The notes below the pieces were generated by a model. The model was not told the DNA's origin, ran no database searches, and worked only from the letters and a program-made list of their open reading frames with translations. From Atractiella rhizophila (taxonomy: Eukaryota), in contig MU271630.1 of NCBI GenBank assembly GCA_021432655.1, positions 1 to 37,469 on the forward strand: a stretch of 37,469 nucleotides of DNA. Reading direction: 5' to 3'. Shown here piece after piece: positions 9,573 to 22,200 of this stretch (position 1 is its first letter; each line of letters begins with the position of its first letter). A program made the position numbers and the translations under genes.

Positions 9573-11846
9573 ATGTTCGCTGCTCGCCGCTCAACTTCTC
9601 TCCTCTCCGCCGCTGTGAGCTCCTTCGTCATTGTACACGTGTATGGGAACTGACATGGACTCGAATGGGTTAAGCGCGGTGTGAGCTCAAAAAGACTTGC
9701 GTCCAGCAAGAGCATCACTCAGACACTCGAGGAAATCATTCCGGAACGTCAGGAGTTTGTGAAGAAGCTGAAGTCCGAACATGGATCCAAGAGCTTGGGG
9801 GAAATCAAGGTCGAGAACCTTTTAGGTGAGCTATTCGTTATCCTTTGGGAATTATAGGAACAGAAGTGCTGGGACGTAAAATACACTGGGTCTCCAACCT
9901 CGTCGCTCTGCCCTTGCTCCATCCTTTGCCGGCAGGGTTGACCGCTTACCTGAAGGTTAATGCTGTCATATTTCCTCAATGATCAACAAACCACTCGGCC
10001 ATCTTTATAGAAAGCCGAAGTAGCCACAAACTGAAGGATTGCCTACATAACATGGCACTGTAACCTGCACCACAGCAGTCGATGTGGCAGTCTAATTTGG
10101 ATGATTCCAAAGCGATTGTCACGGCCCCTTTGAACCTGCCAACAATGCTTAACTTCCAATTTGTAACATGCTGACGTGTTCTCGAACAAACAGGTGGTAT
10201 GCGAGGCCTCAAAGTGATGCTGTGGGAGCCTTCCGTCCTTGACGCAAATGAAGGAATCCGGTTTTGGGGAAAGACCATCCCCGAATGCCAGGAAATCCTC
10301 CCTTCCGCTGGCAAGGCCATTCAAGGTCTTGAGGGAGAGGAAATGCTCCCTGAAGCCATGTTTTGGTATCTTCTGACCGGTCAGGTACCAACCGTTGAAC
10401 AGGTGCGTTGATTTAAGTGATGTTAGCTTGTGTGATTAAAGCGATGTGGTTAGACCGCAGAGTTTACGAAGGAGTTGGTGGAGAGGAGCAAGCTGCCCAG
10501 TTACGTCGAGAAGGTCATCGACTCTTTCCGTATGCTGTCTTCCTCCCTTGAATGTCCTCAGTAGTGACTGTCAGCACAGCCAAAACCCTCCACCCCATGA
10601 CCCAATTCGTCTCCGCACTCGCTACCCTCAAGTATGTCATTCTCTGTTGTTTGCTGAAGCAATTGTCTGATGCCACCTCTCAAGTCACGACTCCAAGTTT
10701 GTCGCTGCCTACAATGGTGGTGTCAAGAAGGGCGAGTACTGGAAGCCCACTCTCGAGGACTCCCTCGACTGTGTTGCCAAATCCTTCACCATTGCTTCCC
10801 GTGAGATGACCCTCTCAACTCATCCGACACATTCCTCTAACTGGCTCGTGTGTGAAAAGGCATCTACAGGAACAAGTACCTTGATGGAGCCGCTGGCATG
10901 CCAGGCATTGACGGATCCAAGGATCTTTCCTGGAACTTCTCCAACCAGATCGGATTCGGGGACAAGCAGGGATTCATTGAGGTGATCAGGCTCTACAACG
11001 CTCTTCACAGTTCGTCTTCCCTACCATTCCCTTTCCTGCATCTTTTCTTGATCTGATGCATGAGATGAACAGCCGACCACGAGGGAGGAAACGTCTCGGC
11101 TCACACTACCCATCTCGTCGGATCGGCCCTGTCCGACCCCTTCCTCTCTTACTCCGCCGCCCTCGCTGGTCTTGCTGGTCCCCTCCATGGACTCGCGAAC
11201 CAGGAAGCGCTCCGATTCATCCTTTCCATTAAGGATTCGATTGGAGCTGCCGATATCACTAATGACAGGGTCAAGGAGGAGTTGTGGAAGGTCCTCAAGA
11301 GTGGAAGGGTCGTTCCTGGGTGCGTGTCCATACGTTTGAATACTATTGATGCAGTTTTGACGGTCGACGGATAGATACGGCCACGCCGTCTTGAGGAAGC
11401 CTGATCCCAGGTTCATTGCCCTCAGAGACTTCTCCCTGAAGTATACCGAGATCAAGGAAGACCCCGTCTTCAAGCTCGTTAACAAGGTACGTCCCAATGA
11501 GCATACTTCGTGAGTGTAAAGCTGACAAGAAGTGCAGACCTTCGAGGTCGCCCCTGGCGTCTTGACCGAACACGGAAAGACCAAGAATCCCTTCCCGAAC
11601 GTCGATGCCGTCTCTGGATCGCTCCTCTACCACTTCGGATTGAGGCAATTCGAATACTACACCGTCACCTTCGGTACCTCCCGTGCTATGGGTGCTCTCT
11701 CTCAACTCGTCTGGGATAGGGGTTCGTAGATCCTCTATTTTATGAGAAATGTTCTAATCATTTCTACCTCTCCAGCCCTTGGAATGCCCATTGAGAGGCC
11801 GAAGTCTCTGTCCATGGAGGCTATCGCCAAGATCGTTGGTGCCTAA
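9573..11846 (+). CDS. Mitochondrial citrate synthase family protein, 2-methylcitrate synthase (McsA/Cit3)-like
   Basis: ATG 9573 begins an Arg/Ser-rich presequence [24 protein letters not shown]; about 10 coding introns; TAA 11844-11846. Catalytic motifs [60 protein letters not shown] and RKPDPRF are closer to McsA/Cit3 than to Cit1 (which has LRKTDPRY and PNVDAHSG). Confidence 0.93.
9930..10147 (+). ncRNA. Candidate intronic box H/ACA snoRNA-like RNA in the 368-nt citrate synthase intron (9826-10193)
   Basis: H box ACAGCA (ANANNA) 10072-10077; 3' hairpin basal stem TGGCAG 10085-10090 / CTGCCA 10136-10141, followed at once by ACA 10142-10144; 5' domain closed by GCAGGGTT 9932-9939 / AACCTGC 10062-10068. 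Loop strands TCTAATTT and CTTTGAAC are complementary to 18S AAATTAGA-GT-GTTCAAAG (18S sequence recalled from memory). The 5' end is uncertain. Confidence 0.55.
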
Positions 11847-12249
11847 AAAATTACTAGGATCTTCCTATCATTATATACCTATCATCTCCCCAACTAACTA
11901 CCTTCTAACACTCTAAGCACGACTCAGTAATGCAAGGTAGATTAGGTTTTTCCTTGTATATCGATCTTTCGACGCTTGCAATGGCAGCTTTCGTTCTTCC
12001 TACTTTGTCACGCAGAATCCAATGCTCATGGCATTTCATTGCATTATCACCCCTTGATGAAGAAGACTGTGTATGGCTTCTTGAATCAGGAGAATGTGCC
12101 GGAATACAACGTCCTTGAGCACTTTATAAGCTGGTATGATTCAAAACGAACGACAGTGTGTATAGTAGCAAAATGCACCTTCCATCCCTCAAACAGACTT
12201 GCAAATCAATCGATCCAACAGAATTTCAAGAATAAAGAAGCAAAGGAAA

Positions 12250-14125
12250 TCAATTCTTTTTGGTAGAGGGTTCTCGAAGCAGAGCATTGATAGCTGATCC
12301 TCTGTAGAGTGAAAGTCCGGAAACGACGCTATCGTTCGGTTGATGACCCTTGGTAGAGTTATCGTTCAACCTCTTTCCGAACGTGTCCACGCTAGCGGCA
12401 GGGGAGTAGATGGACTCCACCGTGTGCTCTGTCATGGCTGAGAGGTGTCCCTTTATCGAACTCTTCCATCAGCTCTTTCACCCCTAAACAAAAGAATGGA
12501 AACGTACGGGTTTTCCCAAAGCAGAGGGGTTGAGAGCTTCTCTATCCAGAAAAGCTGGGGTAAATGTGTTCAGACTGGCTTTATCGCTGTCGATTCCACT
12601 ATCTGGTGTATTCCTTCCGCTTCCAGGGAGAGGAATATTGACGTTCGGCTTCCACCACTTCTTCTTCTTTCCAACAGCCGAAACGGTATCCATACTCCAC
12701 CTACTCTTCTTCATCCCACTCGCCGTCGTAGCACTCGACTCCGCTCTCCTCCTTCCTTGGATCTTACCGCTAGGGTCTTCCGTCACGACGGTAACTTTTG
12801 GAGGGGGACGATAGGACACAGAAATGGAAGGTTGTTGGTATTGATGCGTCGGTGCGGGCCTGGAAATCATCTGCTCTCGAATCGCTTGAGCGTTCAAGAT
12901 TGGGACTCTGACTCCAGTATCGAGAGCTTCCTTTGAGTCCATGCTCGACTTGGAGCGAACGCTGGCTGCTCGCTTGGCAATGGGGAAATTGCGGAGGAAA
13001 GGGGAGTGTTGAATCCATAACAGGAGAGTGATGACGTAGAACGCAGGGAGAAGGTTGATGGGAACCATCCACCAGACTCTCCTCCTAATTCCAAGAGTGG
13101 CATTAGTGAGGTAACAGGTTGATAGAAGGAGAGATACATACTTAGGAATGAACCAAATTCCAATGGTAGAGCCTTGCACAAGCAGGGTCAGGAAACCTGA
13201 CTGAACTATCCAGATCCTCCAGAAAGCATTGAAAGCTTCGCTGTACCTCGTCCTCTGCTTCTTCCTGTACCTAATTGGGGATCCATTGCCCAAAAGTGCA
13301 CCCTTTTCGTCGTATTCGCCCTCAGCGAAGGAGCTCTTGAGGTTCCACTTCTCCTCCTCCTCCCCTTCCTCATCACCTACAATCCTAGACGACCTCGCCC
13401 AATACTTGGACGAAGCGAACATAAGTGCGCAGAAAGTGGCGTTAAAGGTGGTGAGGGAGATGATCCAGGTCAGCGAGGAATAGAAAAACAAGTCGCCATT
13501 CTGATGTTTTCCGGGAGTTTTGATCGCTGATATCGCGCCGGCAGGGGTCGAGACGAGGATAGATGAAGCGAGGAAAACGAGCACGGGCCACTTGATGGTT
13601 CTGGAGAGGGAAGATGGCAGCAGACGGACGAAGAGAGAGCGGACGATCCAGAGAAGGTAACTTTGGACGACTGCTTGGATGCCAGTCGTTATCAAGAGGT
13701 AGAGGACAGAACTCGTGTCTGCGATGTCGTCTCTGTAGGTATAGAGTGGGAGTCTGAGCACAAGGTCGAACCTGTCATAACTGCAAGTCAGGATTGAATA
13801 GCAGGACCGAGTGGAAAACGTACACCTGTACACATTCAATCACCGTTTTGATACCAACCACCGCAACAAGGAGAAGGGAAAAGTAAGCCTCCTTGGTACT
13901 CCCCAATTCCCAACCCACCCTCCTCCTTCTCCCTCGACTCAGCCAAAATTCCCTCGCAACGAGAAGCAAGATTCCTAGAACCCAACAAGCGGAAAATCCA
14001 GCACTGAGCAAGGAGGCTCGCACTTGATCAGTGGGTTGGTCAGCGAAGGCAGGTGGAAGGGTTGGGTTGGCAAAGTCCGCTCCAGGAAGGGAGGAGTCTT
14101 GGCGTTTGTAAAGGATGGGAGCCAT
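12250..14125 (-). CDS. Multi-pass (about 7 TM) fungal membrane protein with long cytosolic C-tail, possibly DUF6534-like
   Basis: ATG 14125 (MAPILYKRQDSS..); introns 13823-13772, 13141-13085, 12507-12451; TGA 12252-12250. Repeated hydrophobic helices ending PINLLPAFYVITLLLWIQ, then a Ser/Pro/Lys-rich tail. The family assignment is tentative. Confidence 0.75.
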
Positions 14126-14984
14126 TGATGGCAAAGATTGACCAGATATTGACGATAGAGCCGGCGTAAAAGGACTAGATCTACTAGTCCTGAAATGCTG
14201 TTCTTGACCCCAGCAAGCGAAAGAAATTAAAACACTTGTGCCACAGGCACGCGCAGCGTTTGTCTGCAAAGAAGCAGGAGGTAAGCCAGATAACAGGAAA
14301 TGGATTGGAGAACGTAGGACTAGCCAGAGATATATAACTAGTACCGTCGTCCAGGCACAGGAGGCCAAAAATGCCCTTGGTAAGCGAACGGCGGCCGTTA
14401 GTGCATGCAACGCTGAAAACAGCGCCTTGCAATTTGTGAAGAAGTGAAAAAAAAAAACTCACAATTCCAGGTACTATTCCTCTATCTCACAGTCCGCCCA
14501 CTTTCAAGCTTATCCTCCACAGGATCTTGGTACTTGGGATGCCCCCTTCGAGGTAGTCGATGGTCGACTTTTCTGCGGTGTTGTCAAGGCGTCACTATGC
14601 TTCTGCCACGGAAACTTCCACGTAGTAGCAGACTATGGACTTTGACAGGTCAATGCCTTGACTCCATGTCAAATGTCATGCAAGGGTTGGAAATCCAATG
14701 AAAGGGCAAGAGCGGGCGAGAGGTGTTATCCGAGTAATCAAAGTAAATATGAATGAATATGGAGGCGTCGCGACGTGCCAAATTGTTTGTACTCCCGCTC
14801 CTGTTCCCGCCTTCCCGCTTCCCGTTTCTCACATCTCACCAGAGCGATCACAACTCCAGACCCCTTTTTATTCACTTTCTTCGACCATTTCTTTCTTCAT
14901 TCTTTCAAGAGTATCCCACCATTCATCCATTTGCTAGTTACTTCTTCTTCAGTTCTGCGCCGCCGACAAACGTAGTGATCCAAC

Positions 14985-15675
14985 ATGAGCCCGAAACACC
15001 CCCCTTATATGATGCAAACACCGATGATGATACCCCTTCAATCGACCGGCCAGTCAGCTGCTTACCATTACGACGGCAGGGGGTATTGGTATCGAAGCTT
15101 GTGCACTTGCAGCTGCAAATGTTGTATTGGCTTCTTCTTTCCATGTTGCATCTATGTACGTATATTCTTCGAATTCTCTCCCACTTAACTATAAGGTGGA
15201 TACTAACCATTTATGTTTAATGGTAGGGAGAAAATGTCAGTCGTCTCAATCACATGGACGCGACGAGGAGGCCTCACCCTGATGGTGGGAGGATGTGTGG
15301 AGAAGGCTGTTGTCGCTTCTTCTGCCTGTCCCTAATCTGCATGAGCTGGAGCCTTCAGGTTCGTTTATCCCACCGCTTACCATTTCCAACGTTTCTCGTC
15401 CAGTCACGGTGCTGAGTGGAGTGGGAACAGTATAGTCAGAGAAGGTACCTTCGTTCAAGATATGGCATTAGCGGCAACTGCTGCACGGATTGTTGTGCCG
15501 TTTGCTGTTGTGGCGCCTGCTCGTTGGCTCAAGAGTCGGCACAGATTGGGCTTGAGGAAGGAGAGATCAGGAGGGTTACCCAGATCAATCAGGTCTGTCT
15601 TGGTACCTGTAAAGGTCAGCACACTGATCCTGTCGAGGGCAGCAACCCATGGCGAGAAGACCAATGATGTACTGA
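14985..15675 (+). CDS. PLAC8-family cysteine-rich protein
   Basis: Exons 14985-15155, 15227-15358, 15431-15592, 15643-15675. Translation WYRSLCTCSCKCCIGFFFPCCIYGENVSRL..QRRYLRSRYGISGNCCTDCCAVCCCGACSLAQES is the typical PLAC8 pattern. Confidence 0.9.
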
Positions 15676-16249
15676 CATTCAGCAGAGTTGAACACTTGAT
15701 TTCTTGGGCTATCCTGTATTATATTGGTATAATCCTGTCACCTCAATGCCATGTCGCAACATTAACGGGCTTGAGCCCAAAAGGGTTCAAAAGCCACAAA
15801 CGTCCCAGCCAGCCAGAAATCTGATTTATACGAAGTCGAATGAGACGGGAAGTAATATATGTTCACGTTTTGTGTCATTCCAGTTGTAAACTGAGACTCT
15901 AAAATTACAGTATTCCGATTCCCCTTCAACAAAGAAGACAGCCAGTCGGCAGCCTACGATCCTGAGACAGCGCTAGAAGACAGGAAGATGACAATGTTTC
16001 GCACCCCATACTGAGTACTCGTGAATTCATGAACCATCCTCGAGCCTCAAAGGCGGGAGAAGAGGATTGGAGTGTTCCGAAGCGACATCCACCCCGCGGG
16101 CGGAAGTTGAAGACTGCAGACTGCAGACTGCGCATCACTCCGCTGGTTCACCACAATCTGTTCCGACGCAATGGCTGGAATAAAAAGAGCCCTGGGAGTT
16201 CATCTCTGCAATACTCCTTACAGTTTCTCGTGCTCAGGTTTGAAAGCAG

Positions 16250-19200
16250 ATGGTGACCCTGGGTCTCCCTTCCGTCTGGAACGCGTTGCTTGCATCGTCG
16301 TCCATCAAGTTTTCGAACATTACCTCCATCTACATCGGCGAGGATGGCTTCGGACCAATATCCTCGACTCGCCAAACTGACTTCACCCTCATCTTTGAAG
16401 GAAGCGTCCTGCTGCCCATCCCCCCCATCCTCCTTCTCCTTAGTCTTTCGTATCTCCCACTCTTTCATGCCTCCTCTGAAAATGCCTACCACACGATCTA
16501 CAACCACCAACTCTCCACCAGCCTAGCTGAAAAACAGTCGGTCTCATACTTGGGCGGGAATTCGGCTCGTCTAACAGAGGAAAAAGAGAAGGACGTGCAG
16601 TTGATTTGCGTGGAAGGTTGGAGGAACTATTTTCTTTCGATTGCAAAATTGGTGATTCTTCTCACTGGTGGAATCGTCGCCGCCATACTTGCGACACCAT
16701 TTGATGGGCCTGTCGAAGCTGCAACTAGTGCAGGGTATGCTATCACCGCTTTGGGACTCTTCGCTTCATGTTGGCCTATGGCAAAGATGCATTCCTGGAC
16801 TTTCGCCCCTTGTGCCGCACTTCAGGTACGTTTCACTCTATATCACTCTGACGGTCTCTGAGAGGTTCTCAAACTAGGTCTACGCATATACCTCCGCTTT
16901 TGTTTTAGCCATCTCAGCGCGTACTTTGTGGACCATATATCAATCCAGTGCCCGAGGAGCCTTGGCTATCATCATCACTTGTCTCGTTGCACTCTACGCA
17001 ATTTTCGAAGGCATTCCTCGCCTATCTCACACAAGAGCCAAGCAGTTGGGTCTCTCCCCATTGGATCTTGCTCCCCTCCTCTCCCGTCTCACTTTCCATT
17101 ATCTCCAACCGACGTTCAGTCGTGGATGGCAATTGCACCGACAGCAAATCGAGTTCACGGAGGGCCATCTGGACGATGTACCCGTTTCCCTCTCTTCTGA
17201 GAGAGTATCAGAGAGATGGGAAAGATTCTGGGCTAAGGAAATGAGGAGGGCAGAGAAAAAAGGCGTCAAGCCTTCGTTGGTCCGTCATCTGCTGAGATTG
17301 CATGGGTGGGATCTTTTTCCGCCTGTAGCCGTTGGAACTGCGTCCTGGCTGTTGATTTGGGCCACTCCCGAAATTTTGAATTCCCTCTTGGACTATCTAG
17401 CAAAATCCAAGCTGGGAGTCGAAGGCGGTGAGCAAAGTAGAGGTTACTTTTCCGCCTCGACATTTTGCCATCCAGCTGATACAAATCGATAGGGTGGCAG
17501 CTTGCAGTCGGATACTTAGGCGTTTTGATCGTGCAAACATCCATACTCCAGTATGCCGCCGACTTTACTGGGGACATAACAATTCATCTGTATTTCTCTA
17601 GCGCGGGTATCTCCTACATGTTACCAACGCTCATGCAAATGCGAATCGGGATCATGGGAGCCGTTTATCGCAAGAGCTTCAGACTCTCGCCAGCAGAGTT
17701 CGGGAAGCGGTCCGTGGGAGATTTGTGTAATCATATCGTCGTCGATGCTGAGCGCTTTATCGATGGTAAGGTCTCCGCTATGCCCTTCGGGAGGTATTTA
17801 CTAGAAATTTGTAAGAATGGGGGAACAATCTGCCAGTTTTGCTCTCAGTAATTCCTCAGCTTGCCCTCGGGTATTACACTATATATCAAGTAAGTTCCAC
17901 TTCATGAACGAGGACGAATTTGTGGACCGCTTCGATTGTAGCAACTCGGATGGGTGACCTTCCTAGGTGAGGAGTTTACTTTTCTCGTAGAGTGCCAAGC
18001 CGAGCTTTTGAAGGTTGCGGATGGGTTGTCCTCAATTTTTGTATATTCGTACGATCTTCTACTCTCATCCCATCAGACCTGACATTAGTGCTCAGACGCC
18101 TCCCGCGGCATTTGCTCTCATGCGAAGCTTGGATCAGATGCTGAAGTCCTCTGACAAGATGAATTCAGTCATTGAGGAATGTATCCTCGGAATCCAATCC
18201 ATAAAGGTGCGCCAACATGCTACACTGCACTCCTCTCCCGCGCGACGTTAACGGACGGTCCGTTAGTTTAATGCTTGGGAGAAACCGATGATGAAGAAGA
18301 TCTTGGAGCTCAGGAAGAAGCAGATAGAAGCGTTCCCTCTCCTCGCAGCAGGGGTCTCTATCATCTTCACGACTAGCACCGCATCGAGCACATTCGCTCA
18401 GATTATCATGTTTTCAGTTTATGCTGCCACTCAAGGATATCTTGACGCCCAAAAAGGTGAGCTGTTCAGTTTGAAGGCAGGTCAATTCAATGGCTCATGC
18501 ATTGGATAGTCTTTGTCTCCCTCAACACAATCCAGCTTATCCAGGCTTCTATTGGTGCGTTGTGCTTCACTTTTCGGACAAGCTGATAGTCAACACAGAT
18601 GAGGTCGGCCTGCAAGTCGAGGTTTGTCATCTCTCTCCTGTCATTCTTCCGCTCATGTGCCACTCAGTGGATATCAGGAGGCATTGTCGCCGTCCGTCGC
18701 ATCGCTAATTACCTGACTGCCGAAGAGCTTGTCAACCCTTTAACCAACATGACGACCTCCTCCACCCTGACTCTAGATTCGAGCGCTCGTCATTCGAACG
18801 AGAAACGAGGAAACGCTGGATTGCCGGGTTTTGAGCATGCTACTTTTGCTTGGGTTAAGCCTGAAGAAGAAATCAACGTGAATGATGGTAAGATTGACGG
18901 CCAAATGGATCAAGTGACCGATGAAGACAAGACGGTCAATGAAGAGGATCGAACTGCTGTGGACACCACGTTCAAATTGAAGAATGTATCGCTACATCTA
19001 CAAGAAGGAGAGCTACTCGGTGTTCTTGGCAGAACAGGAAGCGGTGAGTGATTGGCACTTGTTTGTTGAGGGTTAAGACTGAATGAAGAACAAAATGGAT
19101 AGGGAAATCTTCCTTCGTTTCCGCATTACTTGGGAGCATGTTTCCTGAAGATGGATTATTCTGGCGATCGAGCATGCCGATTGGATACTGCCCTCAGACT

Positions 19201-22200
19201 CCCTTCATCATCTCCGCCTCCATTCAATCAAATATCACTTTCGGGCTTCAACACAATCAGACGATTCTCGACCAAGTCATCACGGCCTGCTGCTTAGAGA
19301 AGGACCTAGCGGTTATACCAGGTGGGCTGAATGCAGAAGTGGGAGAGAAAGGTGGGTCGTCATCTCGTTGCAATCGAAAGATATGAAAATTCACGATCGC
19401 CCAGGCCTGAATCTCAGCGGCGGTCAAAAAGCGAGGCTGGGTTTGGCAAGAATGTGCTATGCAGCATGCATGGGATCATATAATTTGGTGATCATGGATG
19501 ACATTCTGAGTGAGAGTATTGCTCCAGCCTCTTTCTCCCAGTTTACCCCTATGGTGAAGGTGCCGTGGATGCTGATACCGACGCACGCCTCTTCGAACGA
19601 GTAATCAAAGGGCCAGAAGCACTGCTGGAGAAGCTAGGATGCACGCGGCTCTTGGTCACCCATGCTGCACACCACTTCCACGAACTCGATCGTGCCGTCG
19701 TCTTGAAAGCTGGAACTATGCTTTCGATGGGCTCTCATGACCAACTCCAATCTGTTGAAGAGTACCGAGAATTATTTGCCCAAAATGCCGCGGAAAAAAG
19801 CGAGAAAGAGGCACGTTTTACAGCTGAAGGTCGAGAGGTATGGACGCGCCACTGTCCCCACATCTCCTCACGCTGCTTCTGTAGGTGATGAAGCAAAATG
19901 CTGATTCTGCTGGTACACTCACGGAGAACGAGGCCTCAACTCTAGGACGAGTAGGCTGGCGTACCTACAAACGATTCATGGTTTACGGGTGAGCTGAAAC
20001 AACTATGCCATTTTAGTTGCTCACTTACACCCAGTGGTCCATGGCGCCTAGCTTTAGAACTTTTTTTCTTTGTGTCATCAGCGGCGTTTATTTCAGGTAT
20101 GTCGTTTCCTCCTAGACACTTCTTCCGCCTAATAATGATTTGCCAATAGGTGGTCAGTTCTGGCTGTCTGGTTATCTGAACAAAGGTGGCGCGGCACCAC
20201 ACCCTGTTGGGTATTATTTGGGAATCCTGGGACTGCTTTACACCCTCGGAGTGCTAATGAGGTATTATTACTTCAACGTATCACCTCGCTTCCTAACTTT
20301 ACTTTAGTCCCCCAGGATGGATTATAGTAGTCAGATACTTTGCCAAGGTGGCTGTTCGGCGCATGTTCGCAGAAGTTTTACCCAAAGTATTCCATTGCCC
20401 TCAATGGCTCTTCCATACAACACCCAGCTCTCGTTTCATCAATAGGCTCGGTTCTGATCAAAAACAAGTGTAGGTCTCCGTGCCTTCCCCAAGATTGACT
20501 TGCGTGATTGACGTCATGCTTTAGCGACCGGCAGTTCAGTATCTTCTGGGCGGCTTTATGCATGATACTCTCCACCACGATTGTTACATTCTGGCGAGCT
20601 TCTTGCTCACGGGTCTCCGATTATGCTAATCTTTCTTCAGCTCCACTGGTATCTCAACCCATGGCCTTTTCTTTGGTGTCCTCGTCGTTCTACTTCCACT
20701 GTACATCTTCACCATTATTTACATTCAGGCAAGCGCTCGGTGTGTAGACTGTTGCAGCTGACTATTTTGCTCATTTCACCTTTCAGATCCATACGACGCT
20801 TAGATGCGGGCCGCACTCGTGCTCCTTTATACGCGATTTGTTCAGAAACCTTTCAGGGAACGAGTAGCATCCATGCGTTGAAATTGGAGGACCGATACAT
20901 GGAAGAGTTCCACCGCCGTGTCAATCGCAACGCAAGGGCGAAATACGCGCAGACTTCATCGAGCTATTACATGGTTTATCGGTTGGTGAGTATTTGATAT
21001 TTGAGGGAGACTGCATAACGAGTCTATGGACCTGTAGGACATCTTGAGCGCCGTGGCGGTCTTCTGTGGAGCAGCCTTCATTGTTTTGTTGCACAAGAGT
21101 ATTTCGCTGACCTTTGCTGGTAAGTATCTTGCGCCGTAGAATGATCCACGGTTCACTTAAAGGTTTTACAAGGTATCACAATGTCATCTTTGTCTGGCAC
21201 ATCCCGTCTTTTAGGAACTTTAGCGGCCATGTTTGTGACGCTTGAGAACGATGCCGTGCATGTGGAACGTGTGGTTCGTCTTCAGTTTACGTCCGAGTCT
21301 CCCCTTTGTGGCTTCCTCAATTTCGTCACAGTTTGAGCAGCTCGAACTACCTACAGAACCACCGTTCCAAAGAGATCTGGATGAAAAACTCCCCAAAGAA
21401 TGGCCACAGAGAGGAGAAGTCCGATTTGAAGGATATTGCACAAAGTACCGCCCTTCTTTGCCACTGGCGCTAAAGGACGTTTCGATGACTATTCAAAGCG
21501 GGGAGCGTGTTGCAATCGTGGGACGCAGGTCAGTTGGATTTCCGTTAACCCAGTCAAGGCTCCCTAAATGCCGTTCGAACAGCGGCTCTGGCAAATCCAC
21601 TATAACGCTCGCCCTCTTTCGACTGATGGAGGCCACATTTGGTAAAATCATGATTGACGACGTGGATATATCTGGTTTAGGCCTCGCCAAACTTCGTTCG
21701 ACCATCGGCATTATTCCTCAGACAGCCACACTGTTTGGAGGCACGATTCGGAGCAATCTGTCGCCGGTAGAAGATCGAACGGATGACGAGCTTTGGAATG
21801 CTCTTGAGCTTGCTGGACTCAAGGATTACGTATCAAAGTTGGAAAATAAACTGGACGAGGAGTTGCAGATCGGAGGGAAGAATTTTTCCTCAGGTCAACT
21901 ACAGCAGATTGGGCTCGCCCGTGCTTCCTTGCAGCAGGTCAAGATTCTAGTGCTTGACGAGGTTCGATTCTACTTCCCTATTGTCGTCTCTTTATAGACC
22001 ATGAACTACAGGCGACGTCCAACCTGGATCGTGTTAGTGATGACCATATCCAACAAGCTATCAGAAAGCACTTCGGCCACTGCACCTTGATCACAATTGC
22101 TCATAGGTCTGTGCTTATCTTTTTGATCTCGCAATCCTAACGTTATTTCTTCAAAGAATTCGCACGATCATAGACTACGAATAGCAGTGATGGACAACGG

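Noticed and set aside
9944..9953. CTTACCTG resembling the U1 snRNA 5' end (also near 28020)
   Set aside because: No ATACTTACCTG start, U1 stem-loops or Sm site; a short match expected by chance.
9968..9994. ATATTTCCT and AAACCAC resembling snR30/U17 m1 and m2 elements
   Set aside because: They are imperfect, only about 10 nt apart and not in the ACA-terminal hairpin, so the element cannot be called U17 on this basis.
9870..10010. Minus-strand tRNA-Leu/Ser gene suggested by AAGATGGCCGAGTGGTT
   Set aside because: No GGTTCRANNCC T-arm, acceptor stem or cloverleaf follows; only the A-box/D-arm-like part is present.
21961..21971. B-box-like GGTTCGATTCT
   Set aside because: It is simply the exon/intron junction GAG|GTTCGA of the ABCC gene.
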